Shown here one piece after another: positions 43,332 through 58,253 of a DNA stretch of 64,000 bases. The stretch is from the human T2T-CHM13v2.0 reference genome, Homo sapiens: the NCBI RefSeq assembly GCF_009914755.1, contig NC_060931.1; one strand, given 5' to 3'. Numbering within the stretch: the first letter of the stretch is position 1; each line of letters starts with the position of its first letter. The notes below the pieces were generated by a model. It did not search any database and was not told where the DNA came from. It saw only the letters and a list, made by a program, of their open reading frames with translations. Position numbers and translations under genes: made by a program.

Positions 43332-43609
43332 TTAAGTATTAAGTAAGTTAATATGTGTAACTTGTAGAATGGTGACTGTCTTATATATGTATTGAGAACA
43401 TGTCCTTTGTATTACTTGAGAAACATCCAGTCAGAATTGTTTGACATATAGCCTAAACCCTTGGATCTGCTCTTTGAACAAAACTAGATGGTTCAGTTAT
43501 CTTTCTTTCCCATGCCCTCATCAAAACTTATTGGTCTTGTGTAGCATTTCATTGGAGGCTTTTTTATTCTATTCCAGATTTTTAAAAGCTATAAGCTAGC
43601 AGCTAATTG

Positions 43610-43932
43610 CTGGATTTGAGGTATACATGAGTTATTTGGGGCCTGCACAGTTAAAAGTGTTTTAATTTAAATGCCATTATTTAGAAATTCATCTATTTCT
43701 TATAAAATTATGATTTCTGATTTTCCTTGGAAAAAATTTTTAAAAATCTGGCAACCATGGGCAGTGGCCCCACGTGGGAACACACAGCTAGAACTAAATA
43801 GTAGTATTCCCTTTTTGATGCTGCACAGATCCTCCAATTCTCCAATCTCCACTACTCCTTATTTTTCCCTTCAGTCCAGCCGAATTCACTTTTCATTCTG
43901 GGCTCTGTGGATTTCTATGCTTGTGACCCAGG
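43610..43932. mobile_element. MER102-like hAT fossil
   Basis: aaaatctggcaac...cagctagaactaaatagtag...ccaccactccct-like segment, ending ttgtgaccc. Confidence 0.5.
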
Positions 43933-44364
43933 TGTCACAGTTGTCTTTCATGGACAGGTTATTTATGTCTTCATGAAAACGCTCTAAATAAAAAAAAAAA
44001 AAAGGAAATTTAGTCCAGATGTGGAAGGATGCTGTGCCATTTTTGTATAGGAAGACATTTAATTTTAATTCCCTGAACATGTTCTGCTCTTGATGCTTAA
44101 TCTGTTAACTCACTTGACTTTTATTTAGTCATGGCAAGGTGTTAGATTTTATTCTAAGCACAACAGGAAGTCACTGAGGGATTTTAACTAGAGGAGGGTT
44201 TAGTGCAATTTACATATTTAGGCCTTACTATGGTTGCTGTGCAGAGGTTGGAAAGGGTGAAATCAAAGAAATGGGAAGCCAGTTAGGCAGTTTCTGAAGG
44301 TGTTAACAAGGAGAGGAGGATGGCAATTTGGACCAGGTCATAGGAGTGATTTAAAAAAAAAATA

Positions 44365-44440
44365 AAGAGGAAGGAAGAATGGGGAAGAGGGGAGAAGAGG
44401 GGAGGAGGAGGAGGAGGAGGGGAAGGGGGGAGGGAGAGGG
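44365..44440 (+). repeat. GA-rich / (GGA)n polypurine tract
   Basis: Directly visible. Confidence 0.9.
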
Positions 44441-45062
44441 TAATCAATGCACTTCTAATAAAATGTTTCCTGTGGAAAATAAGAGCATAGTCTGGCCCTG
44501 GCGCAGCACCTGGCAACTTTTTCCGTTTGCTTGTTCCATCAATATTTTCCTTTTCTTTCAAATGCCAAGGTTTTTCCACCCTCTGGACCTTTGCATTTGC
44601 TGTGACACTCATTCTAACATGTCACCTGGATGTCTGTCATTCTTATTCTAGCATGGCTCATTGCTAGTTTTTATCTCATCACAACATTAAATCCTATTGT
44701 TTATTGCCATTTAATATTTCTTGTATATTTATGTTGTTGATTGCTTGTACTTGATTTGTTTGTTTCCCCTGATCAAAAATGTATAAGGTCAAAGACCAGT
44801 TTTGTTTTTTTTTTCAGCCATATCCTGGGTCCCTAGTATGGTATCTAGTCCACTCACTTGTTTAATAATATTTGTTGTATGAATGAGATTTTGTAGACAT
44901 TTATTAAAATGTGAATGTGAGATTCACAACATCATCAAAGGTGATTCTAGTTTTTGGTGGATAACTGGGTGGCTGGTGGCAACATATACATTGGGATTGT
45001 GGGGTCTGGGAGATCAACTCTCTTGTGTGGAGTTACAGGCAGAATTAGAGTTCTGTTTTGGA

Positions 45063-45200
45063 TGTTGTATAAATTTTCTAGGGCTGCCATTACAAATACA
45101 ACAGAAATGTATTTTAAGTGGGTAACTTAAAACCACAGAAATGTATTTTCTCTCGTTCTGGAGATGAGAAGTCTGAAATCAAGTTGATGGCAGGGTTGTT
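45063..45200 (-). mobile_element. MLT1 (MaLR) LTR fragment
   Basis: ctagggctgccattacaaatac...gttctggagatgagaagtctgaaatcaag...ggcagggttg. Confidence 0.75.
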
Positions 45201-47039
45201 TAAGTGGCAGAGAAAAGAGATATGTTCTCTAGAGAGAGGACTATGGGTTGGAAAAGCCGTCTTGTAAATCCTACAAACTTTGGTGGCAACTAATATCAGA
45301 CCTTAAAAATAAAAGGTGAGAGGCATAGAAGACGGACATGGGAGCAAACAGACAGGCTGAGTAAACCAGAGGAAATGTAAAACGGGAGAGATGGGCCTAG
45401 ATGTGTGATCTAAGCACAAGAAAAGAACAAAATTCATTCATTCAGTCATGGCTTTCCAGAGTCTGTCTTGTTATTTCACAGCGAAGCAAAGGGAATCCAG
45501 TATGGCCCAGCTTCCTTGGGATTAGCACATTGACTTTTCAAGATTCCAATATAGCAGCAGCTGACATTTCTACAGCTGTTGGTCCTCTTAGAAAGGTCTT
45601 GCTGGTGTGGTAAACCATGGGTTCCATATTCCCACATCACACATGAAAAGGAACTTAGATGTTGAGAATATGTTTGCTAAGGCAGTGGGAAGTTTAACAA
45701 TAATATGTCGACTGCACTCTTAACTTTTCTCAGCAGGAAGACCTTATGTTCAACTGAATCAGAACAATTATACTATTTCAGAGTGTTCACCACTGTCTCG
45801 TAGAACAGGAAGGCAATCTTAGAAATAGAGTACTGACAGTCACAAAGCCAAATGTTAATGCTAATGTCTAAATATTTTTTAGAATTTGGTAAGATCGGCA
45901 TTTCAATACAATGCTGGAGGTATTTGGCAAACCAAGATGTGCACTCTCCATTCTGAACTCAGCCCACATACATTGGTCCACATCTGATATTGGGAGAAAG
46001 GCAACTGCAAATCAAGTTAGGGCATTCTCAGCGTCCTTTATCAAAACAACCCAGCAAATAAACTTGCAAAAGTTAAAAAAAAAAAAAACTAAGCTATACA
46101 TGAGTAAGTTGCTCTAGTGGCTCTACCTGCCTTTTTCCTTTGAAATGTATCTGAACTAGGATACCCTCAGTAGTCTGGGCAAGTGAGGAGCCCACCAGAT
46201 TAGAGGCATCCATCCATCCATTTACTCATTCATTCATGTGTTTATTTTTGATTGTTTGCTTTTAAATTTTAGGTTGGAAGAGAAGGCACTTCTGTACTCA
46301 AGGACCAATTTCATTACTCTAATATCATATAAGGGAAGGGTTGCATCCTGGTTGCCTACTTCTACTTTCCATTTCTTAACTGTGTTATCAGGCTTACTAA
46401 CAGTTTTAGTCTAGCAGACATAGATATGACTTATCACATCTTCAACTTACATAATATATTTTGAGAACCCAACCCCTCATCCCATCATTACAACAAATTG
46501 CTTTTGTATATTAAAATTGGACTTTCATACATCATCTAATAAACAAACATTTGCACTATCCTTTGGTAGTATTTATCTGTAAAGAGTGCAATAATGATTA
46601 AGAGAAGACTTCTTAGAGAATAATTTTGCAAATTACCTAACTCTCAGGGCTCAGATTCAACAAATGAAACATGGAGAAAATAATAGTACCCTTAATAGGA
46701 CTGCAATGGTAATTAATTCAAGTAGTGTAGGAAGAGAAATTAATCTGGATCTGGCACATCACAATTACAATTACTAAAATTAGTGCCTCCACCTACCTAG
46801 TTGTGTGCTTTATTGCAAAGAGAAATTTAGAATTTTGATTTCTTAAAGAATTTGTACTATGGGTCTCAAAACTATTATATTTTGTCTCATATTTTTAAAA
46901 TAATGTAATATAGAAAAATTAGAGTTCTTCTAGACTTCAGTCCACATGACATATTCACTTGTAAAGAAACAATATAATTAAAGAAAGTATACTATTTTTA
47001 AAGATTTTGACTAAAAGGTGAGCTGTAATAAGGAGTGAG

Positions 47040-47670
47040 AATCAGACTCAAAATATTTAAGTGATACACAATCCAGTTACAATGAGTACCCCTAATATTT
47101 AGATTGTTTTCATCCAATATGTTTTTTTCATAAAATGGAACCAGAGCTCCTTGGAGAAATGACTGATTCTAGATTGAGGGCAAGAAATGTGCAAACTGAG
47201 GCTGGAATATCTTCATATGATGCCACAAAGCAAAAGCAAATAAGCTATCAGACTACCAGGTTTGTGTCAAAGGACTCAAGAACCAAATTTAAGAGGCTTT
47301 TATTGGCCAAGGATGGGTTACTTTGAAATTCAGTAAGAATACTAATTTGCAATGTACTGACATATTTCTAACGTAGTTAAAACTATAGATTTAAAATGAC
47401 ACTAAAAATAAAAATTAAATTAAAATTCATTGATTAAATTTGGAAGACTGGAGAAAATCATGTAAATTACAAAGGAAAATAAAGCAAAAAAATCAATGCT
47501 TAGTTTTCCTATATGAATTGTAAGTATAAACAAATAACTGATGCAAGTTTCTTTTTATAAAAATCTTCCAGCTAAGACAGGAAAGCAGAAACAATACAAT
47601 TACAAGATCATAATTGTTTAACCTCTAGTGAGTTAAATAAGCTAGGTAATGATCCCAATGGCTGCTGGCA

Positions 47671-47711
<41 letters not shown>

Positions 47712-47926
47712 AGACATTATGTGTCTTCTGAAAGAATTGTAGAATCCCCAAAATGTCAAACTTTAGTCTGACCAATTCTCTACATCTAACCACCATTTTA
47801 CAGTATATACAGGGAGCAGAGTAACATGTCAAAAAATATCTCAGGGACTCTATCAGCAAAAGCCAGCATGTACAGAAAAAAAATCTAAAGAAAAATGAAC
47901 TGGATTCTTCAACAAATAAATTTCAA
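47040..47926 (+). mobile_element. L1MC-like 3'UTR containing a (CA)n at 47671-47710
   Basis: ggaaccagagctccttggagaaatgactgattctag, tattggccaaggatggg. Confidence 0.72.
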
Positions 47927-48347
47927 CTAATTGAAATAAGCCAGATACAGAAAGAAAAATATTGTGTGATCTAACTTGTATGTGGAATAAAAACAGGCTA
48001 AAATACACAGAGAATGAAACAGTGGTTAATGTGGGTGGGAGTGGGGAAAGGGGGAGGTGTAGGTCAAAGGATACAAAGTAGCAGACGTGTAGATGAGGTC
48101 TAGAGAGCTAGCGTACAATATGAGAACTAAAGTGAATAAAATTGTATTCTATTACAGATTTTTGTTAAATGAGTAGATATTCAGCTGCTCTTGTCACACA
48201 CACACACACACACCCCCCACACACACCAATTAGCAATGTGAGATGGTAGACATGTTAATCTGCTTCAGTTTAGTAACCATTTTATTATCTATGTGTATCC
48301 CATAACATCATGTTGTAACCCTCAAATATACACAATTATAATTTTTT
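47927..48347 (+). mobile_element. L1MA5-like 3' end nested in the L1MC
   Basis: gaaataagccagatacagaaagaaaaata...taggtcaaaggatacaaagtagcaga...cccataacatcatgttgtaa. Confidence 0.8.
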
Positions 48348-48475
48348 TTTTAATTTTCAAGAGAAAAAAGGTGTGGGAGAAGTTACATGTACAAAGAGAT
48401 TTAAAAGACGTATCAAGCTATTAAAAGAGATGGGTTTTTAATAGCTTGAATGTAAAGTAAGAAAGCTAGAATGAA

Positions 48476-48760
<285 letters not shown>

Positions 48761-49231
48761 AAAGCTAGAATCTAAAGTAAAAAAATATTTCAGAAAATGA
48801 ATGCTCATATTTAGTGCTTAATCTACTTAGTGTTTTTGTAACTATACGTATTTCTTAATTCTTAGGAGTAAAAAATTAAGCATTCACAAAAACAATTAGG
48901 AATAGTTTCTTTCTTTAATTATCTTGGAACAGAATTCCAATCACAACATATAAATCTACTGCTTGATTTTTATGTGTTTCACTTTTATTAATATATCCAT
49001 TTTCAGAAATATATCATGTTAAATGTGACTATCATTCATATATCGAGAGCTAAATAACGTTTACTCTTTGACTCAATTTCTTTCCAGGAAGCTGTTTAAA
49101 GAAGGTAAATATTTCTATGAGAATGAATATAATATTTTATTAGTGTTATTAATAATACAATGTTTAAGATAACCTAGATTTCAAGTGCAACAAAACAAAT
49201 TATAGCTCTTTGTGGGGGTGTGTTTTGTAGT

Positions 49232-49916
49232 GTTGGGGAAATCTAATCCAAAACAAAACCTTCTCCCAACCCAGAAATTCTCTCTACAAAGGTAGTAGAA
49301 AGGAAAACAACACTTTTATTACTGAATTAAACCAGAACACGGTGCCCATCACAGGCAATCTGCTAAGAGATTACAAAAACAGAAAGAAACCTTACCCTTT
49401 TACAAGCCAAGCAGATACAACCCATTACACACGTTTTTAAAATCAACAGTAACTTGCTCTCAAATAAGAAGCTTTAACAGTGCCACACATAGTTTATCCT
49501 AAATTTAGCTGGTAATTTGGGGTGATCATCTGTGTTATCCAACTGGTTTTATCCAGAAGAAAAATAAACATCTCATATCTTTATGAAAGGAGGTTGCTTG
49601 GAGCAAGGTGCTCACCAACATTGGACTCCTACCTTTTCCTAGAAACTGGGAGATGGCACTAATATCTTTCTTAATGTTTATGCTTCAAAGAGATAGAGCC
49701 CAGGTCCTTGAGAAAGATATTCCTGGGTCATAAAACAAAAAGCCTACCTTGTTTTTAAAAGGATTTATATACATTTCAAAGAGTGGAGAAAGATTTACAA
49801 TCACAAGTTTTTCAAGTAAATGCTCTAAGAGAAAAGAGAAGAGGAAAGTCTATTTCCTTATTTTCAACATGTATAATAACTAAGCCTATTATCTCTAATT
49901 TTTATATGTTCTTAGA
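49232..49916 (-). mobile_element. ERV1 solo LTR, MER92-like
   Basis: TG start. Reverse strand carries aggctta...tgttgaaaataagg near its start and AATAAA near its end. Confidence 0.55.
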
Positions 49917-50384
49917 ATAGCTATGAAAGTTTTTTAATAGTATGGTAGCAGGTTTGCCATAAATGTTAAGAAAAAAATTTTGTTAAATTATATATGGCTT
50001 ATATGCCAAATTTGCAAAACAAAACAATAACATATATGTATATTAAAATAATTTGACCTAATGTTATCTGTATTTGGAGAGTTAACTTTTATTTAGTTAA
50101 TAATTTTTTATCTAATTAAAGTAATAGAAAATGATTTTATAACATTGAAGATACAACATAAAAATAGTATTACCTTAGATAATTTTATTTTCCTCTATTT
50201 TCTATTTTACCAGCTTCTTCATTACCTGCAGGTATTAAATTTATAATAATCAAACTGAAAAAAATACATTCTGTTCATACCAAAAAATAATTTCACTTTT
50301 GATACTTGAAAAATCAGACTTGAATACTAAATCAGAGGCATAGCCAATAATATAAATTGTTTGTATTTCTTACTTTATTAATTT

Positions 50385-51000
50385 TGACATAGGAGTTAAA
50401 AAGAAATTATTTAGTGAAGGTAAAGGAAGTCCTTGGTAAGGTTTCCCTTTTAATGAAAAGCAACCCCCAAATTATTTCTTTTCTAACAAAGAGCAGCCTG
50501 TAAAATTGAGCTGCAGACATAGAAAAGCAAGCTGGAAGCTTGCACGGGTGAATGCTGGCAGCTGTTCCAATAGGAAAAGGCTACCTGGGGGCTAGGCATG
50601 TCCAACATGGCAGCTCCATCTTCTTTTTCCCTTGCTAACCATGTGTGCAGTAGGGAGCAGACCAGCCAAGTAGAAAATCATTTGCAGAACCAGAAGATTA
50701 CGCTGGTGTAGTCAGCTTCTTTGCCAGCTAAGTAACCATCACAACAGGTCCTTGGGCCCTATGTAAATCAGACACCACCTCCTCAAGCCTATCTATAAAA
50801 CCTTGTGTACTCCGCTGCAGGCCAGAAGTCCCACTCAGGCACCCCTCTCTCTCACAGGAGAGAGAGCTATTCTCCTTTCTCCTTCTTTTACCTATTAAAT
50901 ATCTACTTCTAAACCCACTTTTTGTGTGTCCGCGTACTCGATTTCTTTGGCATGAGACTATGAACCTCAGATATGTATCCCAGACAACAACGCCACTTAA
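50385..51000 (+). mobile_element. MER50 solo LTR
   Basis: aggagttaaaaagaaat...ttctaacaaagagcagcctgtaaa...gcttgcacgggtgaatgc. TATA (tctataaaa) and attaaa present. Probable TSD attt / atta. Confidence 0.85.
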
Positions 51001-51084
51001 ATTATATACAAAATATAGAAAACCCATTATTTTTCTTGACTTTTTTAAAATTCAAAAACATGCTAATAACTTTTTGAAAAAATA

Positions 51085-51171
51085 AAAGCTTTGGGGTGAC
51101 AAAATTGTTCAGGAACTAAAGAGTGGTGATGGTCACACAACACTGCAAAGGTACTAAATATTACTGAATTG
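51085..51171 (+). mobile_element. L1MB-like 3' end, left half (resumes at about 59067-59115)
   Basis: gtggtgatggtcacacaacactg...actgaattg continues as tatactttaaaa...aattttatgttatgtg after the provirus. Confidence 0.8.
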
Positions 51172-51618
51172 TGTGGACCCTGAAAATTTGAGACAGGTCT
51201 CAGTTAATTTAGAAAGTTTATTTTGCCAAGGTTGAGGACACATGTCCATGAGACAGCCTCAGGAAATCCTGATGATATGTGCCCAAGGTGGTTGGGGCAC
51301 AGCTTGGTTGTATGCATTTTAGGGAGACATGAGACATCAATCAATATGTGTAAGAAGTACATTGGTCGTCCAGAAAAGGGGGTAAAACTTGAAGCCAGGA
51401 GGAGGTTTCCAGGTCACAGGTAGGTGAGAGACAAATGGTTGCATTATTTTGAGTTTCTGATAAGCCTTTCCAAAGGAAGCAATCAGAATATGCATCTACC
51501 TCAGTGAGCAGAGCTGTGATTTTGAATAAAATGGGGGGCAGGTTTGCCCTAAGCAGTTCCCAGTTTGACTTTTCCCTTTAGCTTAGTATTCTTGGGGCTC
51601 CAACATTTTCCTTTCACA
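51172..51618 (-). mobile_element. MER4A 3' LTR
   Basis: tgtggaccctgaaaatttgagacaggtctcagttaatttagaaag ... ttttcctttcaca. Confidence 0.92.
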
Positions 51619-51637
51619 TTTCCCTCCTTTTCTTTTT
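51619..51637 (-). other. Polypurine tract of the provirus
   Basis: Reverse strand aaaaagaaaaggagggaaa directly precedes the LTR's TG. Confidence 0.85.
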
Positions 51638-52113
51638 AAACATCTTTTGGAGAAAGCATTTTAGAAGAAAATGAGTCTCTGGTCTCAGGTTTCATCTGAT
51701 CTTTCATGGTTAAGAAGGTTTATTCCTAGACAGGTAGGCCCCAAAAGCTCATTTTTAGAAAGTTGTGAAGTCTCAGATCCTATGAAGAGAAGATAGCGGG
51801 AGGAAGGAAGAAAAACAATAACAAACAAAGGAATGATCCTAGAAAATTGATATAGATCTTACGTATGTAAATAGGTTGCTGTTTTTTTTTTTCTTTGTAG
51901 TTTAAGTTGTCTAGCTTTAGTTCTCAGGGCTGTAAAAAAGAACAGCTTAGTTTTCAGTGATTTCAAATTAGGAAAAAAATGAGGGGGAAAGGAAAAGAAA
52001 GAAGAAAAAATGAAAATATTATTTTGGAGAGTTGTAGGCAGGAAAAAATAGAATTCAGCACAAATTGTAGAAAACAATAAAAATTGAAAAGCATTAGGCA
52101 AGATTAGAATCTA

Positions 52114-52517
<404 letters not shown>

Positions 52518-55409
52518 TCATGGTAGGACTGATTTGCTTTATTACACTTGGTCAGATTATTTGTATAAAGTGCAGAAAAAATTATTTTTTATATAGGCTT
52601 TTTAAAATTGGCTTTGATGGAATTTTATTCCATAGAAGGCATCTCAGATAAGACTTTTTTAAAGCTGAGCTCAGTCATGGATTTGTGCCATCAAATACCT
52701 ATGAGTTGGGTGAATTTCCTCTACTCTTGAGGTTCCAAGATATACCTGGGGCTCCGGGACCTGTCAGAAAGTGACCTTCTTTACTTACCACAGGTCAGAA
52801 ACCCTGTACAGGGATTCTGTACATAGAACATGAGGCCAGTTTTCCTAAGGGTTTTAATTGGCTCCATAAGTCAAGTTTGATTCCTTAAAGGAAAGCAAAC
52901 CATTCCAGTCAAAGCCTTGGTTAAATAACAAGTTTCTTCAGCTGTGTCCTGTTACTTATGAAAACAGATTCTTATTGCACTTATGCAAATAACTGTATTG
53001 CCATAAGTTAAGAATGCTCACAAATAGCTTCCAAATTCTGGAGAAATCAGGTAGAGAGAAACAAATATGCCCCAAATTTTGTTCATAAAAGTATACTAAA
53101 TTGTTAAAAGATATCAATAACTCAAAAGTTTCAAGACTCTGAAAAACAAAACAAAGGATCAGCAATGTTTTAAGCAAAAAGTCAAAAAGATTAGTTCAGT
53201 CCATGCAGTTAATTCCTGTTCTGCTTGATATTCATGAACATTTTAGCTCTCCATGAGTCCTGAAAGTTTTTCCTCTATTCTGATGTCACAATCTCCAAGG
53301 TTATCAGAAACCTGCATTCAAGAGCACCTGTTAGAGTTTTATAGCTGATTATAAAACCATATTCTAAAGAGGACCAAAACAACACAATTATCCATGGATG
53401 ACAAAAGGTTTTATGGCAGCCATAGTCAAAGAAACAATTGACAAGGAAATCTGTTACCTCTGTGGCACACAATAATTTTAACATAACAACTATGATTATT
53501 ACTGATAATGTACACTAAGATATATCAGAATTACAGAAGTTTCCCATAATTTTGGAACACATACCAATAACATATTTATACAAATACAGGCCAAAGAAAA
53601 CTAAACACCATTTCATATTTGACAATGTTTCCAGTATAATTTTTGTGCCAAACAAGCCAAATTATGTCATTTTTGGACTTAAAGGAGCCTAATGTCTTAA
53701 AGGAATAATTAGGTCAGAAAAAGACATAATTTATAATTTGATTTTGGAAAGTTTGTCAAATATCAAAGGTTTAAAACACTTGGTATCACAAAATAGGATC
53801 ACAGGTCATTGTAAAATAAGTCATTCATTTAACCAAAGTGATAACTCAAGGATTTCAAAAAAGGTGAAAACCTTTATTCTCTGAGAAAGAAGAATTAATT
53901 TTCCAAACAATACATCCTAATAAAAACAGCATGAAGCCAACCAAATTTGCTTTTCAAAATTTTATAAACAATCTATAAAATTTTAATCTTGACCATAAAT
54001 TTTAACTTTCAAAAGCCTTTTATATCCTTCACAACCTTTATTACAGAGTTGGTTAATGCTTCAAGAAAACCTTCTTAATCTAATACAGGGCCCCATATGC
54101 TGGTCTCACATCAGTGTGCCTTTGACATTAATGATTATTTTATAGAGAAACTGAACTTATTTTATTTCTCAAAATCAGCCTTTACAATCTCACATGCCCA
54201 CCTCTTCCACAATAGTGCCTGGGCCTTGAGGAGTTGACTAGCTTTAATTTCTGGCCCTGTGTCTCAGGAATGAAGCTTATTTTGATTGGCATCTTCTTTG
54301 GGGCTGAAAAATGAGGTTTTAATGGCTGTCAGTGTTTAAGATTTAGTGGGACTTGGTGTCCTTTATAGATGCAGGAGTCAAAGCCCTGTAACTCAATGTC
54401 ACAAAGACTTTAAAAGAACTTACAGGATGATACATGGATGTAATAACCTTAATTGAAAAAAAATAAATCTCAGTTTCTTCCTAAGCAAACCAAAGTTAAT
54501 AATAGTGCCATAGGAATTATTTCGATTAAATGTAAAGTCTGTTAGGCCAGTTACCAAAAGGCAAAAGAAAAGACCTCCTGCAGTGCGCAGAATTCTATGT
54601 TGGAAGAAAACATTTCCTTTTGACCTTCAAAAAAAAGTTTCTTGTAAAACGGGAGAGAAAGGTGAAAAACGGTGAGATGCAATAAAAGTTGAACTTTGGG
54701 TTAAAAATTAAAATTAAAATCTCTTATAATTTATTATGAGTAAATCAACCCCTTAAGAATATTTCTTTGTTCCAACCAATAATTTAGTGTATAAGTGTTT
54801 TTATAGCAAACCTAATCTCTAAAGAGAATTATAATTTTCCTTTAATTATAAACAACTTGATCATATAAAAGTTTTTGTTTTTTTTTTGAAATAAATCCTC
54901 TCATTGTGACTTAGACAGACCATTCATGACATACTTTGACTTTCTGGTTTATCTTGAACATCTCTCTTTCTTAAACAACCAGTCATTTTACTTTAGGACT
55001 AAATTTACCATACAAGACTCTTTCTCACATAAAATCATTTCTCTTTAAGCTTTCCTATCACAAAAAACCTCTTTATTTTTATAACTTTCTGTACATTTCT
55101 CTTATTTTCTGGCTCCTTTACCTTGTTTTATACATAAACTTTAAACAAGCTTTGAATTAGACAAAACTTGTTCACCCTTTTTTAAAAGGACACACTTTTT
55201 GTTTTTTTAGCAAGAATGTTTTTCTACAATATATTTTTACTGGAAAATACACAGATAATAATATACTGTTTAATTTAATATAAATTTATATTCTAAATTA
55301 TGACAAGTTTGTCTACAAGTATTTATCCCACTATACTTACCTAAATATTTTATTTTAATTGCTTACCTAGATTATTTATGAAAACTGTGATAGTCATGAT
55401 TTAAAGTTA

Positions 55410-55575
55410 TGAAACCACCATTGCAAAATTATAACAGAGACAGTGAAAATTATTTGACCTAATTGACTCCATCTTGCTTTTAACCTCCAAGCTGTCCCTG
55501 TTCATTCCTGGGTGTAGGCCAAACTAACTTTGGGAGGAACTTAGTGTATAGTTTAGCTTTGAAACAAAGACAATA
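55410..55575 (+). mobile_element. LTR8-type 5' fragment inside the MER4 internal region
   Basis: tgaaaccaccattgcaaaattataac...gactccatcttgct...ctaactttgggaggaacttag. Confidence 0.8.
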
Positions 55576-57120
55576 CTAAAAATTATACAAGCAAAAATCA
55601 TTCTGTTTTGGGCTGGGTTTTTTTATAACCCCTTTGACACCTTCTAGTATTTGCAGTGATAAGTATGAAATTGCTTGATTAATAAATGCAAACAAAAATG
55701 TATGCTGGAAATTCTCAAGACATTTCTAATATTACTTTACCAATAATTTTAAAGCTAGCTTATTTATTAAATATTTGACTTAAGTTACATAAACTTGAAA
55801 AAAACATTTGACTAGTCTTTTCTTTCTTCCTGATACAATATTTAATTCAACTGCTTTTATTTTCTTAAGGTAATTAATTAGAGCTCTTTATATATTTTTA
55901 ATAGTGAAGCCATGTGTACACAATACGTAAATACATAGTTGTATTAGGCACGCATCTTATAGATTTCTAAGACCTCCTTTTTTTTTCCTATCTTAGATTT
56001 GCAAACTCTTGATAACCTGTTTCCTTACCCTGGCAGTTGTCAGCTAAATAGCCCTAAATCTGCATATAAAAGGAAACAACTCAGGTGAAAATCAGACAGC
56101 AAAATTTACATCATAAGGTATGAAGAGAAAGTCTCAGGAGCTAAGGGAAATTAACATGAATTAAATTGCCAATTGAACATAAAATTATAGAAGTCTATTT
56201 TAAAGGCCTTCAAATATACACACATACATATGCATACACATATACACACATACAAAGATTCTATGGCTTTTACTTCAGTACTTTAGCCAAGAGATTAATA
56301 CAAATTCATCAGCATGCAAAAAAAAAAAAAAGTTAGATCCAAACAGCGGTTTTTATCTCAGTAGAAAAGTAATAGCTTATTTAAAGAAGCCAGAAAAGAA
56401 AATAGAGAAAAAGGGGACCTAGGAACTCTAAGTTGGCAGGTTGGCCTTAGGGCTCCTTTTCCTTAATGTAAATATGCATGGAGACCATATTTCTTTCACT
56501 TTACTCTGGCAAGTAGAGGTGCCATAAAACCTACAAAGTGCTGGAAAGAAGGTCATTCTCCTTGTTGTCTCCTCATTCTTGGATTGTTTCCTGTTTTTTT
56601 TTTTTTTTTTTTTCCTTAAACGGAGGAACTGAGGTGTGGCCTAGGCCTAGGGTTTTTGTGTGGTGGATCAACATGTGCTGTTTGTGGGCAGAACTCTACA
56701 GTTTGTAACCACTGAGTCATTTCCACCCTCTTACATGTCTCAGTTTCTCTCTCCAGAGGTCTATGACCTCTGAGAGGGCTCAAAACTCTTGAGTGATCAG
56801 CCCTTATATGCATTTTCTGGACAAGCTATTTTTTAAATTAATTTTTGTTAGGGATATCCCTGCAGGGCCACTGCACATTGCAGGGTGTTCCCAATCCCAT
56901 ATGGTCCCCGGTGACCCTGGGGCACCTTTTAGCTGGGAGGAGTAAATGCCCTTTCCCTTCAGAGATGAGAAAACTCAGTCCTTCAGTTCCTCACACAAAT
57001 GCACACAGACAAACTGAATTAAATTAAATTTGAGAGAAAAATCAATGGAGAAGACCCTTTAGTATGCAACTGCAAACTAGAATTAGAATCCTTAAACAAC
57101 AACTTCCTAGGACAGAAAAG

Positions 57121-57125
<5 letters not shown>

Positions 57126-57172
<47 letters not shown>
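57126..57172 (+). repeat. (CA)n microsatellite
   Basis: Perfect run of more than 20 units. Confidence 0.98.
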
Positions 57173-57173
<1 letters not shown>

Positions 57174-58024
57174 CCAAGACCATTTCCCGTAAACTGTAGT
57201 CAGTCACCCATAACTTTGTAGCTCTTCTCCACCATTACACATGCCAAGGTCAAAGCCTCTCACAGTGCAAATTAATCTCTGGTACCCCAAAGCTAAAAAG
57301 TGTCAGGTCATGCAATACAGGAAAACAGAGCTTTAGACCTAAAAAGAATCTACCCATGACTCTTGAAACTTCACAAAGAAAACAGAACACCCCCAAAGTG
57401 GGTGAGTGATGCCTTTGTTCTGAATTCTTTAAAGGGATTCAAGTCATGAGAAGCCTTCTCTAGATTTTTTTGGTACTGCAGATGGCAAAAGGAGAAAGGA
57501 GGTAAAGGGTGGAAGAAAGTAAACAAAATAACAATTTTTTTTTGAGGCAGGAAGCAAATACAGAAACCAAACACACAGTTGTTTTCTCTTTTTTATTTCC
57601 TTTTACTTTTCTAGTGGCTAGGAATTTGGGCCAAATTAGAGAGGACTTGTTACCCATAATTTGAAATTCTCACTCAGATTTGATCAAGTCAGGTAGAGTT
57701 GGTCAAATCCAATGGGAGAAAGACTAGAACAAATAACAAGAAACCCCAACAAAATGATCACTGAGCACTCTAATGGTAACAAGAAATTAAGACCAGCTAG
57801 TTGTTAATCTTAACTGTAGCCAAGACAAACCCCAATTCAGTTATTTACCTAGTGATAGGTCTCAGGCTGAAGACTGCTCTCTACCATCCTAGAAGCAGGG
57901 GGAAAAAAAAAATCATCTTCCCTGTTGGAAGCTAGCTCAAACTCCATAAAGGAATTACCTGCCTTCTATTGTCATGAAAACAGGAAAAATTTGCCACCCT
58001 TGTGCTGGAAGCATGTAAAACTCC

Positions 58025-58056
<32 letters not shown>

Positions 58057-58233
58057 GTTGTACAGCAAAATAAACTTTAGCTCTCTACCAAATTTTGGGA
58101 AATCAGGGATTCTCTGCAGGGGGTGCTCTCAGATCTCAGCAAATTGTCCTCTTGGTTTGAGCCATAAAGTTAGCTCATGGTGGTACCAGAGACCAAAAAG
58201 AGATTTGTCAAAGGTCTGGGCAATCTCCACTCA

Positions 58234-58253
58234 GAATCCCTTGGTGGTTACCA
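58234..58253 (-). other. Primer-binding site complementary to the tRNA-Arg 3' end
   Basis: The + strand gaatcccttggtggttacca matches the recalled tRNA-Arg(TCG) end GAATCCCTTCGTGGTTA-CCA with one mismatch, 2 bp from the LTR. Confidence 0.8.

Noticed and set aside
58234-58253. tRNA gene
   Set aside because: Only the 3' 20 nt are present, adjacent to an LTR. It is a PBS.
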